The notes beneath the pieces were generated by a model. The model was given only the letters and a program-made list of their open reading frames with translations. It ran no database searches and was not told where the DNA came from. Positions 9,901 to 18,569 of a stretch of DNA of 64,000 bases are shown in pieces. A program made the translations under genes and the position numbers. Every line of letters begins with the position of its first letter. The stretch's first letter is position 1. Origin of the DNA: an uncultured Synergistales bacterium. Lineage in GTDB: Bacteria > Synergistota > Synergistia > Synergistales > Aminobacteriaceae. Where the stretch lies: positions 11,898 through 75,897 of the forward strand of contig CAJOEW010000009.1 in NCBI GenBank assembly GCA_905233525.1, in the 5' to 3' direction.

Positions 9901-12257
9901 CGTGGGCATCACATAGAGCGATCGGTATCAAAAAAATTAACATCAATCTTTCAAGCTATAAAATTGACGTTGCGATCGAAGCTCCTGAAAAAATTGAGCC
10001 TGCTAAAAAATTACCTGTCACGATTAAATTAAAAGCTCTTAACAGACGCATAACAAAAGCCGCTGATGTTTCTGTTGCGCTCGTTGATGACGGAGTATTA
10101 AATTTAACGCATTATAAAGTCCCTGACTTATTAAATTATTTCTGGGGAGTCAAGCGTTTAAATTCAGAGGGCTTTGATATTTACGATCAATTGATTCCGA
10201 TTGAAGACCGAGCGACCGAACAATTAAGACCTGGCGGCGATATGTCGTTAGCAGCGTTAGCCGGTGGAAATGATGTAAAGAGATTCAAAATTTTGTCGCT
10301 TGCGAATTTTACAGCGTCACCTGATGAAAACGGAAATTTAAAAATTGATTTCGATGTGCCGGAATTCAGCGGACGCGGAAAATTATTTGTAGTAGCAGCT
10401 TCAGGAAAATATTTCGGTTCAGCAGAACAGAATATACAAATCGCGCGTGAAGTTGTTACGGAGGCAGGTTTACCGAGATTTGCAGCGCCTGGTGATGGTT
10501 TTGTGATACCTGTTACGATTTTCAATACTGCGAATAATAATAAAGACGTTAAAATTGAATTCGTACCTGAAGGAATGACTCTTGACAGCTCAAATTCAAG
10601 TGTAAGTCTTAACGCTAATGACAGCAAAAAAATCAGTGTTCAGGCTCATGTATTAGACGGCGTGAACGTTGCAAAGTTGAAAATTATTACGAGCTGGCAG
10701 GGAAATTCATTTACGCAAGATTTTGAAATGCCTGTACGTTCAGCATGGCCTGTCACAACGATCGGAGGTTCTGGAATTTTTGACGGAGGCGAGAATCGTT
10801 TAAGCATTCCTGTTAATGAATTTTACGGCGATATTTCAGGCTCATTAACGTTAGCAGATACGCCGGCAGTAAATTTAACGAGGGCGGCAGAATTTTTATT
10901 GAGTTATCCTTATGCATGCCTTGAGCAAACAATTTCGACTGCGTGGCCGTTTTTGGTATTACCTGACGCGATTTCAGAGATCGATTCGTTATTAGTGAAC
11001 AATGAAGACGTTAAGCGCAAGACTCAAGACGCAGTAACACGTATTCAGGCCATGCAGTTATATGACGGTTCGTTCTCTATGTGGCCTGGCTCCGGAACTC
11101 CTTACAATTGGGGAAGTGTTTACGCAGCTCATTTCCTGTTAAGCGCAAAAGCTGCCGGCATAAATTATCCTGAGGACATGTTAAACGGCGTTTTATCATG
11201 GTTGCGTCAGTTCTTAGCTTCAATGCCTGAATACAAAAACGAAGGCGAAGAATATGACGATTTAACAGCAAAAGCTTACGCTGTGTACGTGTTAGCTTTA
11301 AATAACGAGAAGCCTTTAGGCTGGATTGAATATTTACGTGAGAATATAAATACAATGTGGCCGTCAGGAAAAATTTATTTAGCCGGTGCTCAAGCAATCA
11401 TCGAAGGTAAATCGGACGCGTTACGCAATTTAACATTAGGCACTCAAAAAATTTCAGGCTACCGTACTTTAGAGAGTGAAGCGCGTAATTTGTCGATATT
11501 GCTTACAATGTGGCTTAACGTTGATCCTGCTGCCGATGAAGTTCACGAATTAGCGGAACGTCTTGCAAAATTGAGCAACGCTTCAAAATTAACTAACACT
11601 CAAGATAATGCGGCGGCGTTAATGGCGTTAGCCCGTTATAATTCCGAAGTCAACAGCTCACGCAGCAATATTAAAGCGCGTTTAACGACTGAGACCAGCG
11701 ACGAAGCTTTATTAAAATATGAAAAGGGTAAGCCTGCGTCAATAAGCCTTAAAGATTTAAAAGACGGTAACGTGATAATTGAAGCCGAAGGTGAAGGAAG
11801 CGGCTATTATTCATGGAGCATAACCGGAAATTCAAAAGCTCGTCCAAAACCTGAGCGCAAAAATATTTTCATTGAATGCAATTATTACGACGAACAAGGC
11901 AACGCGATCGACATTACCCAGCCTGTAAAACATGGTCTTGTTATTCAATTAGTGCTTAACATTCGTCCGGCTGTACCTGTGAATTATTTAGCGGTGAATT
12001 ATTTATTGCCTGCTGGTCTTGAAATCGAGAATCCAAGAATAAACGACGGCGATAATAATTATTCTGTATTCAGTGACATCCGTGACGACAGGTTAATATT
12101 ATTCTTTGACCGTTTAACTCGCGAGACATCATACGGAATAAAACTGCGTGCTGTTACAAAAGGTACATTTGCCGTTCCTCAAGTATCAGCCTTTGGAATG
12201 TATGATCCTGCGGTGAGATTTACAGGCCGTGCTCAAAGCGATCTGGTAATCAAATAA
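6933..12257 (+). CDS. alpha-2-macroglobulin family protein (thioester-containing, secreted)
   Basis: This is a 1774-aa ORF with a TTG start. The N-terminal signal peptide is MKRRFFLAIALVIMSLVTQASGAA. The thioester motif CLEQ is at 10917-10928 in the context YPYACLEQTIS. Size and architecture match bacterial A2M (YfhM-like). Confidence 0.85.
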   Translation: MKRRFFLAIALVIMSLVTQASGAAMPSGVQSFVPSGVVPDNVSFRIVFKNPVVTKKDTGKSIKQNSDLFPIEIVPLVQIEGRWQNERTFTAKLLSPLQSATSYTATLKDLRDRKGNKIGPGSFKFQTEGLKPEDIRASMTRDGRANFDLNFNMKVDPARLKGFMKIINPKGKEIPYTINGALPGKMIRVSFPVDKVASRQRFTVNIAAGLKSSEGDLGITRDYSESVVLDPELIVQGLYPDENSIRVPFNFGIDAEIAKSFITVEPAVNNLRIENSYSDEIIYLRSDEFKPRDRFVITFKKGFPAKGGIVLKEDFKQAVIMPDLDSEVNLASAGTYLTSLNDALIPVELLNVKRLQIDLWRLYENNIPFVVRGDYDSFKKDLAQRVYTKEINLSLPLNERVRKSIPVSEMAKDQRGLFLLTIRDADKPYWAESSQMINLSDIGVVARLWEDGVLIWTNKLTEQKEIAEANVKIYSSANQIIAEGKTDLDGVFYFDLKNKTWDEDNQPALAVISKTDENSHTDLTYVELRNNLLDREIFDTSGRAWIKSGYDAEIISPRDIYRTGETAEFKAIVRNPDLTTPEAFPVLFTVRDSIGRKVIQEPVTLNDRGSAVFKLNLPNNAVTGSWNVALTIPGNDKNYLAVHDFHVEDFAPPRIEVKLSSTNEFLYHKDIFTADIYSRWLFGVDGAGLKYDASWTAREANFVPESENLKAYTFGDPDRRFSYTEGFFNSGNLDNFGAARLDLTLSEQWEAPTAIDVTIKAEVIEDSGRPVANFITRRYFPAKWLLGIAPLSGKLTVRNDLKFSVKAIDPKEKPIDPGELNAEFFKVSWNYNLVEIDGYKRWQSSEELTKIDEKSLTLKNGTGEISFKPESYGTYLVKISDQDDSARAVYRFYADDPKYAGGSSQLIDRVEIETDKEFYEVGDTAKIKVKAPFEGLLLTTVEGSKLFSRRVQAVKNSETVIEIPVTQNFEPNAWFTAWLIRPVQTIDANAWASHRAIGIKKININLSSYKIDVAIEAPEKIEPAKKLPVTIKLKALNRRITKAADVSVALVDDGVLNLTHYKVPDLLNYFWGVKRLNSEGFDIYDQLIPIEDRATEQLRPGGDMSLAALAGGNDVKRFKILSLANFTASPDENGNLKIDFDVPEFSGRGKLFVVAASGKYFGSAEQNIQIAREVVTEAGLPRFAAPGDGFVIPVTIFNTANNNKDVKIEFVPEGMTLDSSNSSVSLNANDSKKISVQAHVLDGVNVAKLKIITSWQGNSFTQDFEMPVRSAWPVTTIGGSGIFDGGENRLSIPVNEFYGDISGSLTLADTPAVNLTRAAEFLLSYPYACLEQTISTAWPFLVLPDAISEIDSLLVNNEDVKRKTQDAVTRIQAMQLYDGSFSMWPGSGTPYNWGSVYAAHFLLSAKAAGINYPEDMLNGVLSWLRQFLASMPEYKNEGEEYDDLTAKAYAVYVLALNNEKPLGWIEYLRENINTMWPSGKIYLAGAQAIIEGKSDALRNLTLGTQKISGYRTLESEARNLSILLTMWLNVDPAADEVHELAERLAKLSNASKLTNTQDNAAALMALARYNSEVNSSRSNIKARLTTETSDEALLKYEKGKPASISLKDLKDGNVIIEAEGEGSGYYSWSITGNSKARPKPERKNIFIECNYYDEQGNAIDITQPVKHGLVIQLVLNIRPAVPVNYLAVNYLLPAGLEIENPRINDGDNNYSVFSDIRDDRLILFFDRLTRETSYGIKLRAVTKGTFAVPQVSAFGMYDPAVRFTGRAQSDLVIK

Positions 12258-12281
12258 TTTAATATCAACGAATTTTTTAAG

Positions 12282-12313
12282 GCAGTTCTGATTTTTTCGG
12301 AGCTGCTTTTTTT
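12282..12313 (+). terminator. intrinsic terminator after the alpha-2-macroglobulin gene
   Basis: GCAGTTCTG-ATTTTTT-CGGAGCTGC forms a 9-bp stem (two G-U pairs) and is followed by T7. Confidence 0.65.
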
Positions 12314-12376
12314 ATCGCCTGTTTTGATATAATTTGCGTGTCAAATCGTATGAATGGAGGTTGATTTTTTTGGAAT

Positions 12377-13405
12377 TTGCATATAATAAAATTGATCAGA
12401 GATCAGAGATCAGAGCCTGTCCTATTGTCCGTAATCACATCTACTTTCAACCGCGCGGACATGTTAAAAAGATCTGTTGACAGCGTTTTAAATCAAAACT
12501 TAAAAAATATCGAACACATAATAATTGACAATTGCTCCACTGATGATACAGAACAGCTCGTAAAAAATATTCAAGCAAAAGATCCAAGAGTCATTTATAT
12601 AAAAAATACAATAAGCGTAAGACAGGAAGAAAATCGCGGACGCGGATTAACAAAAGCTCGCGGAAAATATATAGCATTCATTGATGACGATGATTATTAT
12701 ACGGACATGGATTTTTTTAAAAGAGCCGTTGAAATTTTTGAGAACAATCCAGAAAAAAATTTAGCCTTCGTTGCCGCTAACGTCGAAATAAAAAATGAAG
12801 ACTCCGGAGAAATTTCACGTAATGATATCGGCGCTACTGGTTATATGAGCGGAATGGATTATATTTTTAATCCGAATAACGATCACCATAAACCGATCTC
12901 AACTTTTCCTGCTGTTCGTAAAGCTGAATATTTAAAGCAGGCTGGATTATGCGATAAATTTATTTTTGATACAAACTCATATTATTATTCAGCTCTGTAC
13001 GGCGGCGTTTATTTGTTACCTGATGTTATAGGCGTGTACGTTGTGCATAATAAAAGCCAGACTGTCGGATATCATAAAGGCGACGATGAATATATAAAAA
13101 AATTTTTGCTCGCTCATTCTGAATGCCTAAAACAATATAAAGAACTCAGAGATATTCTTTACACTCGCATGAATAAAAAAATCGTCAGCAGGTGGTACGC
13201 TTCAACAATAGTCGGTTTCAATCAATGGTGTTTTATTTCCGTGTCTAAGTTCAGCGAACGTATTTATATGTCCTTAAAAACTTGGAGATCATCCGGTTAT
13301 ATGCCAAGAGTTATTTTTTATTTTGTGAAGGCGTTTTTAAGACCAAGGCTCAGTAAAATTACACCGCTCAAAAAATTATATAGATTCCTGAAAGGTAAAA
13401 GGTAA
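12377..13405 (+). CDS. family 2 glycosyltransferase
   Basis: GT2 N-terminal pattern LLSVITSTFNRADML...IIIDNCSTDDT...AFIDDDD is present. The start is uncertain. TTG 12377 is in frame but lies 16 nt from GGAGG (12356-12360). TTG 12370 has better spacing but is in another frame (see findings). Confidence 0.75.
   Translation: MHIIKLIRDQRSEPVLLSVITSTFNRADMLKRSVDSVLNQNLKNIEHIIIDNCSTDDTEQLVKNIQAKDPRVIYIKNTISVRQEENRGRGLTKARGKYIAFIDDDDYYTDMDFFKRAVEIFENNPEKNLAFVAANVEIKNEDSGEISRNDIGATGYMSGMDYIFNPNNDHHKPISTFPAVRKAEYLKQAGLCDKFIFDTNSYYYSALYGGVYLLPDVIGVYVVHNKSQTVGYHKGDDEYIKKFLLAHSECLKQYKELRDILYTRMNKKIVSRWYASTIVGFNQWCFISVSKFSERIYMSLKTWRSSGYMPRVIFYFVKAFLRPRLSKITPLKKLYRFLKGKR
12394..12414 (+). repeat. tandem heptanucleotide repeat GATCAGA x3 within the first codons of the GT2 gene
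   Basis: Read directly from the sequence. There are three perfect 7-nt units. Confidence 0.95.
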
Positions 13406-13420
13406 GTCTGAAAAAATTTC

Positions 13421-13454
13421 TCCCTCTGAAGAATCTTAACAGAGGGATTTTTTT
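13421..13454. terminator. bidirectional hairpin between convergent GT2 and dxs genes
   Basis: TCCCTCTG...CAGAGGGA forms an 8-bp stem with an 11-nt loop, followed by T7 on the plus strand. It overlaps the last codons and the stop of dxs. Confidence 0.5.
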
Positions 13455-15256
13455 ATTTGATTGATTATATTTTCCGGTGTGATTCCAAAAATTTCGCGCT
13501 GCTCGTCAGATTTTGCATGCTGAACACAAACGCACGGCACTTCAAATTTTAAAAGCTTGTTCGTAAAATTATTACCGGCCATGTAACTCGCTATAATTTC
13601 TGAAATTCCGCCGGCCTCATAATTTTCACCAGATACCGCGATTATTTCATATTCTCTTAAAATTTTGTCGAGCTCTTCAAAATCAAACGGCTTCACGCGC
13701 CTGATATCATATACAGCAGGATTAAATATTCCTTCTGATTTTGCAAGATCACGAGCCTTTAAATTTATTCCTGTAGCAATTCCATGACCTATTAACGCAA
13801 TTTTATCGCCTGAATAAATATTTAATATTGCGTTATTATTTTCGTTAGTGATTTTTATTCCGATATCCTGCAAATTTCCGCGAGGATAACGAATCATTAC
13901 AGGCTTTGAAATATTTGCGGTCATGTGCATAATTTCGCGTAATGAATTTTCATCGGACGGCGTGTAAATTTCCAGATTAGGGATCGCACGTGCCCATGAT
14001 ATATCTAATAAACCTTGATGAGTATCGCCGTCAGAACCTACCAAGCCTGCACGATCGACCATTAAAATTACCGGCAAATTCTGTAACGCTATGTCATGCA
14101 TCAATTGATCCGCCGCACGCTGTAAAAATGTCGAATATATAAAAACATACGGCTTCATTCCTCCAGCTGCTAAACCTGCCGCCATTGTTAACATATGACT
14201 TTCAGCTATACCGACATCAAAAAATCTCTTTGAAAATTTTTGTGCGAATCTCTCAAGTTTTACGCCTGTAGCCATTGCCGCTGTTAAACATACGATTTTT
14301 TTATTATTCGGCGCTAATTCGTTCGTGATAATTTCTGAAGCAGCTTCGCTCCATGTACGTTTTTTTATTTCTCCGCGCGGTGATACTTGATGATATTTTA
14401 CAGGATCTTTTTCAGCTTCCGGCATTCCTTTACCTTTGACCGTATTAAAATGCAATAACACCGGCTTATCATAATCCTTAGCCATTTTCATGACGCGCAT
14501 ACATGTTTGAATGTCATGGCCGTCAAAAACTCCCCAGTAATTTATATCCAGCGAGTCAAAAATATTTTCAGGCTTTAATAAATTCTTTACACGGTCGCGA
14601 ATAAATTCAAGCAGCTTAAAAAATTTATGGCTCGAATGTTTTTTAACAGCTTTTTTAAAATTCCTGTAATGGCTGTTCGCTGACAGTCTTGCTAAAATCG
14701 TTGAGAAACCTCCAACGCGCGCGCTTATAGAATGCTGGTTATCGTTCAGAATTATTATTATCTTCGTGCCTGTCTCATGAACGTAATTTAAAGCTTCAAG
14801 CGCAAGTCCGTTAATTAAAGCTCCGTCGCCTATAAAAGCTATTATTTGCCGCTGTTCGTTTAAAAGATCTCTGGCCTTAGCATATCCAAGAGCCGCTGAA
14901 ATTGATGTGCTGCTGTGTCCTGTATTAAAATGATCGCACGGACTTTCAGAACGCCTGGGAAATCCGCACAAGCCGTCTTTTAATCTCAACGTATCAAATT
15001 TATCAAAACGATCCGTCAAAATTTTATAGGGATATGATTGATGGCCGACATCGAAAATAATTCGATCGTTATATGGATTGAACGTCCTTAACATTGCGAT
15101 CGTAAGCTCTACAACACCAAGCGATGATCCTAAATGGCCGCCGTTGTTCGTAACTGTTTTAATTATCTTGTCACGGACTTCAGCAGCCAGATCATTTAAA
15201 TTATTTTCTGGAATTTTTAAAAGGTCGCTGTGTTTGAAACCAGGGTGTAAAAACAT
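13436..15256 (-). CDS. dxs: 1-deoxy-D-xylulose-5-phosphate synthase
   Basis: Contains GHSSTSISAALG and the ThDP-binding motif IGDGALINGLALEALN. Length is 606 aa. Confidence 0.9.
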   Translation of the reverse strand: MFLHPGFKHSDLLKIPENNLNDLAAEVRDKIIKTVTNNGGHLGSSLGVVELTIAMLRTFNPYNDRIIFDVGHQSYPYKILTDRFDKFDTLRLKDGLCGFPRRSESPCDHFNTGHSSTSISAALGYAKARDLLNEQRQIIAFIGDGALINGLALEALNYVHETGTKIIIILNDNQHSISARVGGFSTILARLSANSHYRNFKKAVKKHSSHKFFKLLEFIRDRVKNLLKPENIFDSLDINYWGVFDGHDIQTCMRVMKMAKDYDKPVLLHFNTVKGKGMPEAEKDPVKYHQVSPRGEIKKRTWSEAASEIITNELAPNNKKIVCLTAAMATGVKLERFAQKFSKRFFDVGIAESHMLTMAAGLAAGGMKPYVFIYSTFLQRAADQLMHDIALQNLPVILMVDRAGLVGSDGDTHQGLLDISWARAIPNLEIYTPSDENSLREIMHMTANISKPVMIRYPRGNLQDIGIKITNENNNAILNIYSGDKIALIGHGIATGINLKARDLAKSEGIFNPAVYDIRRVKPFDFEELDKILREYEIIAVSGENYEAGGISEIIASYMAGNNFTNKLLKFEVPCVCVQHAKSDEQREIFGITPENIINQIKKSLC

Positions 15257-16645
15257 TTATTCAAACCTGCGAAGCTCATAAGCTGCAAATTGTGATATAA
15301 GTTGTAACGAAGTTATTTGCGTTTTATCAAGAGCAGATTCTTTTTTCGTAACGCCTGAACCGATTGAGATTATCCCGACTAAATAATTATCATCGCACAA
15401 CGGAAATATATATCTCATTGAATATTCTTTCATAATTTCTTTCCATGGACAGCCGGCTAATCCCCATGATTTAAAAACTTCGTCAGGCGAAATTTCTGCG
15501 AGGTCATAACTTTCTTCCTTGACATTTTCAACTGTTATAGGTCCGTTCGCCGGCAATAACGTTTGATCGATATTAGCTCTGAAATTTCCTGTGCGTCTCT
15601 CTGATAATGTATATCCGTTGCGTAATTTGCTCCATGTCACAAGTAAACAGCTCTGCATTCTGCAATGTTCCATGAAGATCTCAAGAAGCAGTGAGAAAAA
15701 TTTTCCCTGACTGTCTGCCGCGCGTAATACTTTAATGACATTTGAAAGAGACATGATCGTAAATTCACCGGCTGAAGCTCCTTCTTCTGCACGCTGTGAT
15801 TTTATTCTTAATCTTCCAATTGCGATCGCACGTACAGCCAAAGTTCCAAGCAGCTCTAAAAAATTCATGGCCTGTTCGTCTGGAAGCTCATCCCATTGCA
15901 TTACACAAAATAATCTCAAATCACCTTCAGCTATCGGCAGCACAACCTGAAACGGCGTTTGATGTCTTGTTACAACGGGCGAAGGTGTTAATAAATTTTC
16001 GGCGTAGATTCCCTTGCGTTCAGGTATTTTATCTGTTTTGCCTGTGTAAAGCGTTAAATAATTTCCTTCGTCTTTAAGTATTACCAAAAATTTCGGGAAT
16101 AAGCTTTCTTGTATAGCGTCCTTCAAAAATGAGGCGAAATACTGCAGCGGCATAGGCTCAAAAATTGAAGCGAGAGTATTTTTTGTAGCAAGCACCATAT
16201 AAGATAATCTTGATAATTTTTTTTCAGTGTCAGTTACGTGTCTGAAAGTCTGCCATAATTTTATGAAGCCTGCGTAAGGTTTCAATTGATCGATCAAATT
16301 TACAGGATCAAGCGGTTGTTTTTTAAGCAGTATATAAATTTCCCAGTCCTGACTCCTGATTTGAATCACGCCCGGCCATTCTTCAGAGCCTTCAGAATAA
16401 GTTGTATCAAGTGCATGATGAGAAAGAGCGTTTGTAAATAATTTTGTTATATTATTTTCGATAGTGAGACTCTGCGGAACATATCCTCCTGCAGTTTCAA
16501 GAATATTAAGCGTTTTATTTTTATCAAACGGTTCTGCGATGATAGCTTGAAAATTTTGTTGTGTTAAAAAATCGCTCAACATGTTCAAAATTCCGCCGCT
16601 TATTATAAAATCTGTCTGGCTGTATAAATTCTCAATATCGTTCAT
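15257..16645 (-). CDS. hypothetical protein (no family recognised)
   Basis: This is a 462-aa ORF. Its TAA stop (15259..15257) abuts the dxs ATG (15256) directly, so the two genes are in one operon. I found no catalytic motif. Confidence 0.6.
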   Translation of the reverse strand: MNDIENLYSQTDFIISGGILNMLSDFLTQQNFQAIIAEPFDKNKTLNILETAGGYVPQSLTIENNITKLFTNALSHHALDTTYSEGSEEWPGVIQIRSQDWEIYILLKKQPLDPVNLIDQLKPYAGFIKLWQTFRHVTDTEKKLSRLSYMVLATKNTLASIFEPMPLQYFASFLKDAIQESLFPKFLVILKDEGNYLTLYTGKTDKIPERKGIYAENLLTPSPVVTRHQTPFQVVLPIAEGDLRLFCVMQWDELPDEQAMNFLELLGTLAVRAIAIGRLRIKSQRAEEGASAGEFTIMSLSNVIKVLRAADSQGKFFSLLLEIFMEHCRMQSCLLVTWSKLRNGYTLSERRTGNFRANIDQTLLPANGPITVENVKEESYDLAEISPDEVFKSWGLAGCPWKEIMKEYSMRYIFPLCDDNYLVGIISIGSGVTKKESALDKTQITSLQLISQFAAYELRRFE

Positions 16646-16780
16646 AAAAAAATATCCTCCGTCGTTAATCTTAGTTTGGTTATAATTTTATCGCTTTTTG
16701 AATTTTAAATCGTATAATATATTCATTCGTAGCGATTTGTAAAAAAATTCCTGCCGGAAGGATTGAATATAATAAAAATT

Positions 16781-17005
16781 ATGATACAGGTACACAGACT
16801 TAACGGCGAGTCCTTTTTATTGAACTCCGATATGATCGAGACCGTTGACGTAACTCCTGACACAGTCATCCGTTTGTTGAATGGCCATAGATATGTGGTT
16901 CGTGAGAAAACGGCTGAATTATATAAAAAAATAATTGGTTTCAGAAAAGCGGCCGGTTATACTTGCATAGTTGCTAACACCGCTGACGAGACCGAGCAGC
17001 AGTAG
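16781..17005 (+). CDS. flbD: flagellar protein FlbD
   Basis: MIQVHRLNGESFLLNSDMIETVD...RYVVREKTAEL matches the FlbD family pattern, and the gene lies directly upstream of motA. I prefer ATG 16781 over the ORF-track TTG 16763. Confidence 0.75.
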   Translation: MIQVHRLNGESFLLNSDMIETVDVTPDTVIRLLNGHRYVVREKTAELYKKIIGFRKAAGYTCIVANTADETEQQ

Positions 17006-17026
17006 TCAGGAGGCGTTTTAATTTAA

Positions 17027-17800
17027 ATGGATTTAACCAGCTTAATAGGATTTTTAGCGACGTGGATTTTGGTTTTAGCTTCGATGGCATCAGGCGGTAA
17101 TTTTGGAGCCTATATTGATATACCTTCCGTTATGATCACGTTGGGCGGAGCTATTGGAGCTACAGTTATTTCGAGTCCGTCTGATAGATTAAAATCAGTC
17201 GGCGGAAGTTTAAGAAGTGTCTTTATAAATCATGAGGCCGATCTTGTCGGAACTGTTCAAATGATCGTAAGCTTCGCAGAAAAAGCAAGGCGTGAAGGTC
17301 TGTTAGCACTTGAAGGCGATCTTGAAAATCTTGACAATGAATTTATGCGTAAAGCTATTCAATTAGTAGTTGACGGCACGGATCCTGAGCTTGTGCGGCA
17401 AATTTTAGAGACTGAAATCAGCGTTTTCGAAGACAGACACAGCGCTAATAAAGCCGTATTTGATACTCTTGCAGAATTTGGGCCTTCATTCGGAATGATA
17501 GGAACATTGATCGGTTTGATAGCAATGCTTGGAAACTTGCAGGACGTTAGCGCGTTGGGACCAGGTATGGCTGTTGCGTTAATTACTACGATGTACGGAT
17601 CAATGCTTGCGAACATGTTTGCGAGTCCTACAGGTAAGAAGTTAGCCGCCCGTTCAGCACAAGAGTCAAAAGCCATGGAACTCATGGTAGAAGGTATATT
17701 AGCTATTCAAGCCGGTGAAAACCCAAGAATCGTTGAAGAGAAATTAAAAGTTTACATGCCTCCTAAAATGCGTGAAGCTTTCAATCAGGAAGGAGCTTAA
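17027..17800 (+). CDS. motA: flagellar motor stator protein MotA
   Basis: This is a 257-aa four-TM protein of the MotA/TolQ/ExbB type. An AGGAGG SD is present, and motB follows. Confidence 0.9.
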   Translation: MDLTSLIGFLATWILVLASMASGGNFGAYIDIPSVMITLGGAIGATVISSPSDRLKSVGGSLRSVFINHEADLVGTVQMIVSFAEKARREGLLALEGDLENLDNEFMRKAIQLVVDGTDPELVRQILETEISVFEDRHSANKAVFDTLAEFGPSFGMIGTLIGLIAMLGNLQDVSALGPGMAVALITTMYGSMLANMFASPTGKKLAARSAQESKAMELMVEGILAIQAGENPRIVEEKLKVYMPPKMREAFNQEGA

Positions 17801-17803
17801 TAA

Positions 17804-18532
17804 ATGGCGCGTCCTAAGAAACCTGAAGAGCCTGGATTATCTGCACCGTTCTATATGGGAACTTACGGCGATATGGTTACGCTTATATTATGTTTTTTCA
17901 TTTTGCTGTTTGCTATGTCGTCAGTTGACAGTCAGAAATTTCAGCAGGCTTTATTATCATTGCGAGGATCGTTAGGCGTTTTAAAAGGCGGTGTCACTGT
18001 CGAAGAAAGCAACGATCCAAATAAAAGCGGTGAAGTTGGAGCAAGTCCGGGAGCGTCGCCAAAAGTTGAAGTTGATACTCGGCATATAGCTTACACGTTA
18101 AACAGTTATTTACGTTCCGAGAATTTGCAAAAAGATATTCAGGTAACAATAAATCAGCGCGGTGTATCAGTTTCAATAGGCGATCAATTTTTATTCCTGC
18201 CTGGCCGTGCTGATCTCAGACCTGAAGGTGAACGCGTGTTATATAAAATTTCTGAAATTACTCGTGATATAGTCCCTGCTGTAGCTGTTGAAGGCCATAC
18301 GGATTCAGGCATTCTCAGCGGAGGAATATATCGCGATAACTGGGGATTATCCTCGATGAGAGCGGCTGCTGTTGCAAGTTACATGGAACATTCAGGCGGA
18401 TATGATCCTGTTAAACTTCAAGCCGTCGGTTTCAGTTCGTCGCAGCCTGTTGTACCAAATGATACGAGCGAACATAGAGCATTAAATAGGCGTGTTGAAA
18501 TAGTGTTTTTATCTCAATATCCTAAGCGTTAG
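17804..18532 (+). CDS. motB: flagellar motor protein MotB (OmpA-like C-terminal domain)
   Basis: It has a single N-terminal TM with the conserved Asp context (YGDMVTLILCFF). The C-terminal OmpA-like region reads GHTDS...NRRVEI. Confidence 0.9.
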   Translation: MARPKKPEEPGLSAPFYMGTYGDMVTLILCFFILLFAMSSVDSQKFQQALLSLRGSLGVLKGGVTVEESNDPNKSGEVGASPGASPKVEVDTRHIAYTLNSYLRSENLQKDIQVTINQRGVSVSIGDQFLFLPGRADLRPEGERVLYKISEITRDIVPAVAVEGHTDSGILSGGIYRDNWGLSSMRAAAVASYMEHSGGYDPVKLQAVGFSSSQPVVPNDTSEHRALNRRVEIVFLSQYPKR

Positions 18533-18569
18533 AATTAAGCATATAAAAAAAGGATGAGCTGATCTTAAA

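Noticed and set aside
12282-12313. The terminators at 12282-12313 and 31872-31905 share a nearly identical 5' arm and loop (GC[A/G]GTTCTGATTTTTT). This suggested a dispersed repeat or MITE-like element.
   Set aside because: Only two copies exist. Each sits exactly where an intrinsic terminator is expected and has its own compensating 3' arm and T-run. The data are insufficient to call a repeat family.
16646-16780. I searched the region upstream of flbD for a sigma-28 (TAAA-N15-GCCGATAA) or clean sigma-70 promoter.
   Set aside because: A TATAAT is present at 16713-16718, but no -35 element lies at acceptable spacing and there is no sigma-28 -10 box. I cannot support a promoter call.
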